DNA of 52,133 nt, from positions 1 through 52,133 of IMG/VR virus record IMGVR_UViG_3300009509_000046. One strand, 5' to 3'. Position 1 is the first letter of the stretch, and each line of letters starts with the position of its first letter. Below, piece after piece: positions 1 to 7,346 of this stretch. A program made the translations under genes and the position numbers. The stretch comes from a virus. Lineage: Duplodnaviria; Caudoviricetes. Under the pieces are notes generated by a model. The model saw nothing but the letters and a program-made list of their open reading frames with translations, searched no databases and was not told where the DNA came from.

Positions 1-369
1 GCATTATCGGACCTTATGCCTGCCCACCTTATAAACGTTATTCGCGTTTTGCAGGGACGTCCGATAAACGGTCCGAAAGTTTCACGTTTTGCCCAAAACC
101 TACTCGGAAATTTATCGGACGTTACGGTCGATGTTTGGATATGTAAAGCTTTCGGTATAGACCATAAAAGCTTGACAAAACGTCTATATGAGCGTATCGA
201 AAAGAAAATACAAAAGCTTGCGAAACAAGCTGGATATCGTCCGGCAGAATATCAAGCTATCATGTGGTATGCCGTCCGGCGGTTGTCCGGCAAAAAGCCG
301 AAAAGCTTTGTTTCGGTATATCGCTCGATATTTTGTGAAACTCCGTGTTTTGAATTTATGAAAGAATAA
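1..369 (+). CDS. Partial phage protein (5' end outside window), DUF7178-like / HhH-GPD glycosylase-like C-terminal region
   Basis: Frame is open from base 1. The motifs GPKVSRFAQNL, VTVDVW and PAEYQAIMW resemble a phage family related to HhH-GPD DNA glycosylases. Confidence 0.55.
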   Translation, partial: ALSDLMPAHLINVIRVLQGRPINGPKVSRFAQNLLGNLSDVTVDVWICKAFGIDHKSLTKRLYERIEKKIQKLAKQAGYRPAEYQAIMWYAVRRLSGKKPKSFVSVYRSIFCETPCFEFMKE

Positions 370-416
370 GTTAAATAAATAACAAACAAGTTTTTTTGGT
401 GTTTGGTGATTTTTCG

Positions 417-445
417 TTTTGCTTTTCTCTTTTATATGTTATACT
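417..445 (+). promoter_or_regulatory. Extended -10 sigma70-type promoter
   Basis: TGtTATACT at 437-445 in a T-rich intergenic gap; the -35 element is weak. Confidence 0.5.
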
Positions 446-490
446 ATATATAGAGGAAACGAAAACAGGGACAAAGTTAAGGGGACAAAA

Positions 491-646
491 ATGAACAAGA
501 GAATTTTGACATCAAGCGTAATTATCGTTATCGTTTTTGTTTGGACGTGCATTTTAGGTGTTAAGGCCTGCACGTTTGCAAGCAAAACAGCAAAAGCCGA
601 ACAGGATAGAATAAACGCCGCTTTTTCAATACTACAAGACAGATAG
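491..646 (+). CDS. Small membrane protein
   Basis: GGGGACAAAA leader before ATG 491; one hydrophobic segment. Confidence 0.6.
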   Translation: MNKRILTSSVIIVIVFVWTCILGVKACTFASKTAKAEQDRINAAFSILQDR

Positions 647-656
647 GGGACAAATT

Positions 657-767
657 ATGTTAAAAGTTGTGTATCATTCTTTTGAATGGACCGTGCTTGT
701 CGATAATGGATATATGACACTACACGTAAACGAGAATGGAATCGCTACAATGTTAAAAGTTTATTAG
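657..767 (+). CDS. 36-aa peptide (not in ORF track)
   Basis: GGGGGACAAATT-ATG leader like its neighbours. Reads MLKVVYHSFEWTVLVDNGYMTLHVNENGIATMLKVY and fills the gap exactly. Confidence 0.5.
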   Translation: MLKVVYHSFEWTVLVDNGYMTLHVNENGIATMLKVY

Positions 768-775
768 GGGACAAA

Positions 776-1270
776 ATGAATAATGTAGATCACGACAAAA
801 AGCTTTTTACATCGGATTCGTACGGCAATCTGTGTCCTGCGTCCGATAAGACGTATAAAGGATTCAAAATTGATATCGGACTTTCACATGTGAAAGTCTG
901 GGACAAATCCGATAACTTCGTCAGTGAATATCCTGATGAAAAATCGGCCAAACAAGCAATTGACGGTATGACAAAATCAATGCAATGGAAAATAATACAA
1001 ACGTCCGATAACGAAATTGAATGGCAAAAAGACGATTCTGGAATTTATAGTCTGATAACCTGGAATCCGTCCGATAACGTCAGATGCGATTTAATGTCCG
1101 ATAACCACGAGCCGATAGTGACGTTTGTCGGAAAGTCCGATAACGTCCGCAAGGCAATTTGCAAGTTTTGTTCCGATAACCAGATTCACTTATCGGACCA
1201 ACACGCAAGTTATATCGGACGTGAATTGACAAGAGCCGAATTCGAGACAACGTCCTATAACCAGGACTAA
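776..1270 (+). CDS. Hypothetical protein with C-terminal DUF4346-like motif
   Basis: GGGGACAAA-ATG leader. The C-terminus HASYIGRELTRAE...YNQD matches the HAxYLGRELxxAE...YxQD signature. Confidence 0.6.
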   Translation: MNNVDHDKKLFTSDSYGNLCPASDKTYKGFKIDIGLSHVKVWDKSDNFVSEYPDEKSAKQAIDGMTKSMQWKIIQTSDNEIEWQKDDSGIYSLITWNPSDNVRCDLMSDNHEPIVTFVGKSDNVRKAICKFCSDNQIHLSDQHASYIGRELTRAEFETTSYNQD

Positions 1271-1786
1271 TCACTTCGTCCGATAACCCGGTCGGACTTT
1301 CATTTCCCAAAGGCCGATAATGTTATGGGCATTATCGGTCCTTCCTTTTGTCCGGCTCCAAACATTATCGGACCTGGACCTCAGCTTAGCATTATCGGAC
1401 CTTCGAGCTGGCCGGAATTTATTATCGGACCCGCCGATTTTGACGTCCGATAACCTACGTCCGATAATTGGCGTTATGTGTCACTCAGTTATCGGACCTG
1501 CTCAAGTCCGATAATATCGACGTCCGATAACCTACGTCCGATAACGTGCTACCAAAACGTCCGATAATATCATGCAATAGATCGCAGAAAAGCCGACCAA
1601 CGTCCGATAATCATTTGCAAAGGGGCCTTTCCCCCAAGACATTATCGGACCGGCCAACGGCCCACCCCCGAAATGTCACTCTGCGGCTGCTTTATAATTT
1701 TAAAAATAGGCCCATCCCCAAAATAATCATCTAACAAATTCAAAAGTTGCATTTTTAAAAAACTGAAAATAAAAAGCAAAATTCCC

Positions 1787-1815
1787 TTGACCGGCGTCAA
1801 AGAATATGCTATACT
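1787..1815 (+). promoter_or_regulatory. Sigma70-type promoter with A-tracts upstream
   Basis: TTGACC-17 bp-TATACT with extended TG; the -35 lies within the palindrome TTGAC-N4-GTCAA. Confidence 0.75.
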
Positions 1816-1834
1816 TTACACAGAAAGGTATGAT

Positions 1835-2065
1835 ATGATAGTTAAGATACAAGATGACAATCAACAGGACAAACACATCATTGAGGCCGCGAGTATCCGG
1901 TGGAATTACAACTCTTTGAGCGATGGTTTCATTATCATTGAATTGTATGACTCACCCCACGTATTATCAAAGCAAGTTAGTGTCCGCCACGGCGACCGGG
2001 TCTTCATAATGAATGACCAGGGCAAAACGGTGGACTCCAAAAGAATCATTATAAATGAGGAGTAA
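1835..2065 (+). CDS. Hypothetical protein
   Basis: Start moved to ATG 1835, downstream of the promoter and an AAAGG RBS. Confidence 0.65.
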   Translation: MIVKIQDDNQQDKHIIEAASIRWNYNSLSDGFIIIELYDSPHVLSKQVSVRHGDRVFIMNDQGKTVDSKRIIINEE

Positions 2066-2070
2066 GACAA

Positions 2071-2640
2071 ATGAACCAAATCATGTCAATTGCAGTTGAT
2101 GTCCATAATGCAACCGCAGCATTGTACCTGGATGCACGTGATCTGAACCGCGTTCATGTAGATATCAGCGACTGTCTCGCCCAGGCAACCTACTGCGGAC
2201 GCAAAGAGGAATTCTCGGTCGAGAAGTTTCGATCAAAGATGTTGCTCGTGGCCGCGTACTGCTTGCTCGCCTCTGGAGACGATATCGATGTGGTGCTGCA
2301 AGAACGTCTCCGTCAAGACAAGATCTGGGGCGATGACTTCGACCGTATGAACACCGCGAACGATTGGCACGCCTATATCTCGCACTATTTGGCGAAGGCA
2401 TTGAGACCAAATCAAAATTATGCCGAGAACATGGTCAAGGCTTCCGGCATTGCCCAGGCTGCGATCCTTATGGTGGATCGTTACGGTGCTCCGGCCCCGC
2501 GTCACTATGAGAACCTTCCTGGTGCAGGAGCGACCTGCGAGAAGTGCGGCAGCCCCGAAGGAAAGAACCACGTATGCTGTTCGGCATGTCACTGTATCCA
2601 TCCAGAAGGAACAATTTGTCCACCGCACGAGGTTCGTTAA
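2071..2640 (+). CDS. MazG-like all-alpha NTP pyrophosphatase-related protein (possibly degenerate) with C-terminal Cys/His zinc finger
   Basis: ERLRQDKIWG...W...MVKASGIAQAAI pattern; CEKC...CCSACHC tail; GAGGAG RBS. Confidence 0.5.
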   Translation: MNQIMSIAVDVHNATAALYLDARDLNRVHVDISDCLAQATYCGRKEEFSVEKFRSKMLLVAAYCLLASGDDIDVVLQERLRQDKIWGDDFDRMNTANDWHAYISHYLAKALRPNQNYAENMVKASGIAQAAILMVDRYGAPAPRHYENLPGAGATCEKCGSPEGKNHVCCSACHCIHPEGTICPPHEVR

Positions 2641-2828
2641 TGCAACTATACACAGCGAAAGTCAAGAATGGAAGGGAAGTCATCGGCCAACACATAAACC
2701 TGAATGGGGTCGACTACATCGTGTCTGATACCACATTGTCTTCAACGAACATTACCGGCATGATCCGAATATGGGGAGCATACGAGATCGAACCCGAAAC
2801 ACTGAGGAGAATTGATGATAAATGTTGA
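2640..2828 (+). CDS. Small hypothetical protein (YopX-like ending)
   Basis: TAATG overlap with the upstream stop; YEIEPETL motif. Confidence 0.5.
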   Translation: MQLYTAKVKNGREVIGQHINLNGVDYIVSDTTLSSTNITGMIRIWGAYEIEPETLRRIDDKC

Positions 2829-3309
2829 CGCTATCAAATTTGTTGAAGCCGCTAAAGAAGCTGGTACGATTCCGAACGAGACCCAAGACATCCAAGACCC
2901 ATTGTATCGAGCCGAGTGTCTCACAGAAGCAATCTTGGCGGCTCAGCTCGCCTACTGTCCCTATAGCAAGTTTCATGTGGGTGCAGCGGTCATAACGAAC
3001 ATGGGACAGATCCACGCAGGCTGCAATGTAGAGAACGCGGCCTACGGCAGTACGATCTGTGCAGAGCGAAACGCGATCACGACGATGATTGCTCAGAACG
3101 GTCCGGCCACAAAGATACAGGAAGTGACAATCTGGTGCCAGACGACTGTGCCGGTCCCGCCGTGCGGTGCCTGCCGCCAAGTAATCCGCGAATTTGCGGA
3201 GAACCTGCAAATCAGAATCTGGAGTTACTGTGCCGACCCGACAGTGAAACCTTTGGGCCTAAGACTCGATGAGCTACTGCCCTTCTCGTTTGGGCCGGAG
3301 AATCTTTGA
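2812..3309 (+). CDS. cdd: Cytidine deaminase (homotetrameric type)
   Basis: AYCPYSKFHVGAAV, GCNVENAAYG, CAERNAI, PCGACRQ and LLPFSF motifs; zinc ligands and catalytic Glu intact. Confidence 0.95.
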   Translation: MMINVDAIKFVEAAKEAGTIPNETQDIQDPLYRAECLTEAILAAQLAYCPYSKFHVGAAVITNMGQIHAGCNVENAAYGSTICAERNAITTMIAQNGPATKIQEVTIWCQTTVPVPPCGACRQVIREFAENLQIRIWSYCADPTVKPLGLRLDELLPFSFGPENL

Positions 3310-3342
3310 CAAGTATCATACATGCAACACTGAGGAAAACTT

Positions 3343-3567
3343 ATGGATATAACTGTAATTGTGAACAATTTGAAAAAGGCTCTTAAAAATACGAAGATGC
3401 CTGAGAATGTCACTGTCTCCAAAGCATTTGAGTTGATTGAGCAGCATATCGACTCATTTTGCACGGCCTGCAAAGGCACAGGTAAAGTAAGAGTGTGGAT
3501 TGCTCAAGACGAGCTTGGGCCATCTGAGTCCTGTAAGAAGTGCAAAGGCACTGGTCGGAGAACCTGA
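3343..3567 (+). CDS. DnaJ-type CxxCxGxG zinc-finger protein
   Basis: CTACKGTG and CKKCKGTG. Confidence 0.7.
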   Translation: MDITVIVNNLKKALKNTKMPENVTVSKAFELIEQHIDSFCTACKGTGKVRVWIAQDELGPSESCKKCKGTGRRT

Positions 3568-3568
3568 T

Positions 3569-3736
3569 ATGATGAATTATTTGGCATTTGCAGCGTTATG
3601 TTGTATTGTCATGTGGTCTAATGTCTGGGGCTACCGACGATGGTGTGGGGGTAAATGGATTCAGGCGATGATATTTGCGTTCATTGGAGCATACGCGATT
3701 TGTTGTATAGCACTTAAATTGCAGGAGTGGCTGTGA
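3569..3736 (+). CDS. Small two-TM membrane protein
   Basis: Two hydrophobic segments; fits the gene packing. Confidence 0.5.
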   Translation: MMNYLAFAALCCIVMWSNVWGYRRWCGGKWIQAMIFAFIGAYAICCIALKLQEWL

Positions 3737-4350
3737 AACCTACAGCGTCGAACGTATTCGCAAAAGAGCTTGATTATTTCACGCTACACCATGTGAGAGA
3801 GTTTGTGCTACATGTCTTCGGTGAAATGTGCCCGCAATACTTCTGGTATATCCGAGCCAGCCAACGCGGTCATCACCACCCGCTGATGCGGACCTATGGT
3901 GGTTTGGTGCATCATGTCAAGTTGGCTTTTCGATTTGCGAATTCCTTCACGGAGATGCACCCGCACGCGACGATGAACGAGCGGACCTACAATCAGATAC
4001 TCGCGGCAGTGCTGCTGCACGACATGATGAAGCGTGGAGCTGAGAGAGATGAGCTGGTGACATTTGGCAATCATAAAATCGCCGCCAGGAGTCACGGTCG
4101 ATACTGTGCCGATGAAATCAAGACGCACATATTCGACGGCAAGATTGAAATAGAATGGCTTCCGATTGTTGAAGCTGTCCGGCTGCACATGGGACGCTGG
4201 ACCCATGAGGTCACTGATGACGAGCTGTTGCTTTTGCAAAACGATCCAGTCGTTTGGTATACTCATTTGGCCGACTACGCCGCGAGCCGCAGCCTGCACA
4301 AGTGGATTGGTGAAAGATACACCGACGAGAGCATGAGGTATTTGAGTTGA
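3727..4350 (+). CDS. HD-domain phosphohydrolase (YhaM/Cbf1-like HD)
   Basis: HH...GGLVHH...LLHD...HG...HMGRW...ADY. Confidence 0.85.
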   Translation: MAVKPTASNVFAKELDYFTLHHVREFVLHVFGEMCPQYFWYIRASQRGHHHPLMRTYGGLVHHVKLAFRFANSFTEMHPHATMNERTYNQILAAVLLHDMMKRGAERDELVTFGNHKIAARSHGRYCADEIKTHIFDGKIEIEWLPIVEAVRLHMGRWTHEVTDDELLLLQNDPVVWYTHLADYAASRSLHKWIGERYTDESMRYLS

Positions 4351-4375
4351 CAAAGCATATCATAAATGATATAAT
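4347..4375 (+). promoter_or_regulatory. Perfect consensus sigma70 promoter
   Basis: TTGACA-17 bp-TATAAT with extended TG. Confidence 0.85.
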
Positions 4376-4407
4376 ACGACTCAGATTAAGAAAAGGAGTC
4401 GTGAAAA

Positions 4408-4542
4408 ATGCCAGTGAGCAGAAGCGGCAAATGCCTATGGATGAAGAGAGCCGGAAAATGGTTCAAATTCAAATGCTACCGAACAGTGAAGGCAGCGAAA
4501 ATAGGTTACGCCCATTACAAGCGGAAATACGTCGGCCACTGA
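4408..4542 (+). CDS. 44-aa highly basic peptide (not in ORF track)
   Basis: AAGGAG RBS 9 nt before ATG. Reads MPVSRSGKCLWMKRAGKWFKFKCYRTVKAAKIGYAHYKRKYVGH. Its stop overlaps the next ATG (TGATG). Confidence 0.6.
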   Translation: MPVSRSGKCLWMKRAGKWFKFKCYRTVKAAKIGYAHYKRKYVGH

Positions 4543-5042
4543 TGGTTTTTAAGGCTCAAAAGGTTGAGCCTATTTATAAACCTGCGGTCAGAGCGTTGTG
4601 TTGTAAACGATACGCGGGGCATCCTTATGGCTGTCCCAACTTCGGCAAGCGACCAGACTGTCCGCCCGACGCTCCGCTGCTGCCGGAATTCTTCGACACA
4701 ACGCATCCCTTCTGGGCATTGTGGGTTGACTTTGACCTGGAACAGTGGGTCGCTACGATGCAGGCCGGGCACCCAGGGTGGAGCTACGGGCAATGTGCGA
4801 ACCTTAGATACTGGCAACCGAAGGCCAGGAAGTTTCTACGCGAGCACGCCGAGAAGTGGGCTGCAAATTACTCAGCTCGGTGGAAAGACTTAACCTGCGA
4901 ACAAGGCTTTGAGTTGGCAAGCAATCCCGAAGCAATGGGAATTGATGTCACTTCAACAATGAAACGTATCGGAGTGCACCTGGAGTGGCCCCCGAAGAAA
5001 ATCGTCCGAAAGATTTATCTATTAGGAGCACGGAAGAGATGA
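4542..5042 (+). CDS. DUF2284-like predicted metal-binding protein
   Basis: C...CPNFGKRPDCPP and PEAMGIDVxxT motifs; start revised from 4347. Confidence 0.7.
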   Translation: MVFKAQKVEPIYKPAVRALCCKRYAGHPYGCPNFGKRPDCPPDAPLLPEFFDTTHPFWALWVDFDLEQWVATMQAGHPGWSYGQCANLRYWQPKARKFLREHAEKWAANYSARWKDLTCEQGFELASNPEAMGIDVTSTMKRIGVHLEWPPKKIVRKIYLLGARKR

Positions 5043-5368
5043 AACTACCCGCCTGGACAAAGACAATGCCAAAGAGTGTTATCATCTGCGGTGTTCGCTA
5101 TAAGATAGCTTACAATATGTTAGGTGGAGCTTGTTTCAGTGGGGCTAACTGTAAAATACATGTTGGCTGTGGAGCTGGAAGAGACACTGCGGTCCAGTCA
5201 CTGATACATGAAATTTCAGAAGCTGCTCACATGATATTGTTGACGCGGTTCAACCGTGGCAGTTGGGAGAATGGTGACATGCGGTTCATTATGTCACACG
5301 ATGATTTTGAGCGACACAACAATGAGTTGGTTGCTGCGTTGAAACAGTGTAAGTTGCTTGGGAGATGA
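5039..5368 (+). CDS. Hypothetical protein, zincin-like HExxE motif
   Basis: PKSVIICGVRYKI...SLIHEISEA; ATGA overlap. Confidence 0.55.
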   Translation: MKLPAWTKTMPKSVIICGVRYKIAYNMLGGACFSGANCKIHVGCGAGRDTAVQSLIHEISEAAHMILLTRFNRGSWENGDMRFIMSHDDFERHNNELVAALKQCKLLGR

Positions 5369-5369
5369 T

Positions 5370-5774
5370 ATGAAATTAAGTAAAGAAGTCCAAAAGATGA
5401 AGCGTAACAAAAAGCAATTACGCACAAAACAAGTCCAGGCTGGAATGCCTGACGAGCTGGCGATTGAAAACGCAATACGTCGTCGTCACAGCACTGACTT
5501 TCCGAGAGTCATCCGTGAAATGATGACCCGCGTCCAGAACGTCAATCAGGTCTGGGGACAAATCATGCAGGCGATAATGATGTTTGAAGATTTTCGAGTG
5601 ACATACGCACGCGAAGGTCTCAACCTTGTCATTACACTCAGCTACAAGGGTGAAGTTGAGCAGCACACCCTTACACCAGAAGAAGTTGCTGACGCAGCAT
5701 CATACATCGAAGTCGTTGTGATGAATGTGCTGAGAAACTCACAGCTCCTTATTAAAGCGTATAAAGGTCTATGA
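5370..5774 (+). CDS. Hypothetical protein
   Basis: GGAG RBS; operon packing. Confidence 0.6.
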   Translation: MKLSKEVQKMKRNKKQLRTKQVQAGMPDELAIENAIRRRHSTDFPRVIREMMTRVQNVNQVWGQIMQAIMMFEDFRVTYAREGLNLVITLSYKGEVEQHTLTPEEVADAASYIEVVVMNVLRNSQLLIKAYKGL

Positions 5775-6067
5775 GCAAATTCGACTTCCTAACACCTGAG
5801 TTTGTCGCCGCCTGCAATAAGTGCGGCGTGCAATGTCACCTGGACGTCTTCCCGTGGAAGTATCTCGGCTGGTCTGATGAAGACTTCATGGCGGTCGAGC
5901 TGCACTTCACTGACGGCACGGTGATACCAAAGAGTCACCAAGAGAAGCTCCTGAGAGTAGTGCGTGCTCAGGAGCAAGTGCTAAAAGACCGATGGGCATT
6001 CGTGCAAAAGCGTGACACTGTCATGCCGAAACGACCGAAATTTGGAAAACAGTTGGAGATGTTCTGA
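5771..6067 (+). CDS. Hypothetical protein
   Basis: ATGA overlap coupling. Confidence 0.6.
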   Translation: MSKFDFLTPEFVAACNKCGVQCHLDVFPWKYLGWSDEDFMAVELHFTDGTVIPKSHQEKLLRVVRAQEQVLKDRWAFVQKRDTVMPKRPKFGKQLEMF

Positions 6068-6501
6068 TGGTAACAAAGCAAGAATTTCTGGAGACGTGGA
6101 GCAAACTCGGAGTGATGCTATCGGAGCTGATACCAAACAACATAAATGTAGTCTCGGCCCCGGAAAACAACACAGTTGTAGTAAACATGGATGAACCTGA
6201 CAAAATCTGTGGTCGGAGCAAGGCTGTTGCAGCTCCGGCAAAGGCCGAAGTGCCCACTCCCGGCCCGGTCCGGGACGGCGAAGGCCGCGTTGTGCGGATT
6301 TCCACCCAAAAAAGTGATGAGGGCTACGACCCAGAGATACACCTGAACCAGAACCTGCGAATCACCTGCGACGGCAAGTTGATACCGACAGCCCACACCG
6401 CCGACACACGCTTGGGCACTGTCTGGTACTATGAAAAGAACGCCAGGGGACGAATTGAGACCAAGACAGCCGTAGGAAAAGTAGAAATTCATGGAATGTA
6501 G
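6067..6501 (+). CDS. Hypothetical protein
   Basis: TGATG coupling; GGAG RBS. Confidence 0.65.
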   Translation: MVTKQEFLETWSKLGVMLSELIPNNINVVSAPENNTVVVNMDEPDKICGRSKAVAAPAKAEVPTPGPVRDGEGRVVRISTQKSDEGYDPEIHLNQNLRITCDGKLIPTAHTADTRLGTVWYYEKNARGRIETKTAVGKVEIHGM

Positions 6502-6512
6502 TGGATTTTAGC

Positions 6513-6541
6513 TTGACTTTTTAAGCGATATGTCCTATAAT
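6513..6541 (+). promoter_or_regulatory. Sigma70-type promoter of packaging genes
   Basis: TTGACT-17 bp-TATAAT; the motif variant GTCCTATAA overlaps the -10. Confidence 0.75.
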
Positions 6542-6550
6542 TGGGGCATA

Positions 6551-7087
6551 ATGAGCCGTGTGCCCGTTAAAATTGATGAGAACGCTAAATTACCGGCGTT
6601 GCCTGAGATTAGTGAGGCTCAGATAGAGCTGTACCTTGCTTATCTGGAGACATCCGGTCGAAAGAGATACTCTGCAATTATGGCGGGCGTAGATCCTGGT
6701 CGTATGGTGTACCGTATGAATAATGACTCGGATCTAAAAGAGCGTGAGATGTTTGCATTGCAAGGTTATGCGGAGCTTGTTGACGCCGCTGTCCATGATC
6801 GAGCTATCAATGGAGTGTCACGCGGTGTCTATTATAAAGGCGAGCGAATTGCAACTGAACGTCACTATAGTGACCAACTCCTCATCTTGCTCGCAAAGGC
6901 TACGAACCCGAAGTATCGGGAACATCTATCCGTTGACGCGAACGTCAAGGCAGGCGTTCTCGTTGTTCAAACTTCCTTGGACCCTGACGATTGGGAGAAA
7001 CAATATGGTGGAATGCGAATTGACCAAAGCCGGATTGACAGTGTATGTTCGGAGCCAAGTCAAGCCGAGCAGCAAAATGATGGCTGA
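6551..7087 (+). CDS. terS: Terminase small subunit
   Basis: N-terminal HTH-like region; RAINGV...YYKGE...YSDQLLILLAKATNPKYRE motif; lies upstream of TerL. Confidence 0.8.
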   Translation: MSRVPVKIDENAKLPALPEISEAQIELYLAYLETSGRKRYSAIMAGVDPGRMVYRMNNDSDLKEREMFALQGYAELVDAAVHDRAINGVSRGVYYKGERIATERHYSDQLLILLAKATNPKYREHLSVDANVKAGVLVVQTSLDPDDWEKQYGGMRIDQSRIDSVCSEPSQAEQQNDG

Positions 7088-7346
7088 GTGTGGTTTCAAG
7101 AAAGATTTGGCTATCGTGGCAGCGGGAACACTTGCCGAAGAATTGAATAAGAGGTTTGGTGACACACTGAGTCCAAGCTTGTGTGCGAAAGCTGTTGCGG
7201 CGTTCATTGCAAAGCCGATGGGTATTAACTGTGGCTCATGTGGTTGGCGAACAGCGGGAACAAAGCACTGTACGCAACGTGATTGTAAAACAAGTGACAC
7301 TGACCAGTGTGACCTTTATCGTCACCTACACAAGATGACAATATGA
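7077..7346 (+). CDS. Hypothetical protein with Cys-rich C-terminus
   Basis: CGSCGW...C...C...C; fills the terS-terL gap with overlaps. Confidence 0.55.
   Translation: MMAECGFKKDLAIVAAGTLAEELNKRFGDTLSPSLCAKAVAAFIAKPMGINCGSCGWRTAGTKHCTQRDCKTSDTDQCDLYRHLHKMTI

Larger units (their letters stand above)
4..1650. repeat. Dispersed, bidirectional 9-bp motif cluster GTCCGATAA/TTATCGGAC
   Basis: Exact copies start at 4, 59, 112, 841, 1003, 1069, 1096, 1135, 1190, 1278, 1365, 1392, 1422, 1445, 1459, 1489, 1506, 1522, 1536, 1559, 1602, 1642. One-mismatch copies at 873, 907, 1050, 1171, 1212, 1252, 1312, 1332. A 26-bp direct repeat occurs at 1442-1467 and 1519-1544. Confidence 0.95.

Noticed and set aside
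1270-1650. CRISPR array or ncRNA repeat array
   Set aside because: Repeats are only 9-12 bp, occur in both orientations and have spacers from 5 to over 30 bp; no cas or RT gene is nearby.
4-1650. DnaA boxes
   Set aside because: TTATCGGAC shares only TTATC with TTATCCACA, so it cannot be called a DnaA box.
1080-1734. ORFs 1080-1310(-), 1320-1514 and 1546-1734
   Set aside because: No RBS; the translations are dominated by motif-derived LSD/PII/SDN words, so they are probably non-coding.
4347-4541. N-terminal extension of the 231-aa ORF (and similar extensions at 419, 1787, 14259, 20211)
   Set aside because: These starts fall in promoter boxes, terminators or upstream genes; downstream starts fit better.
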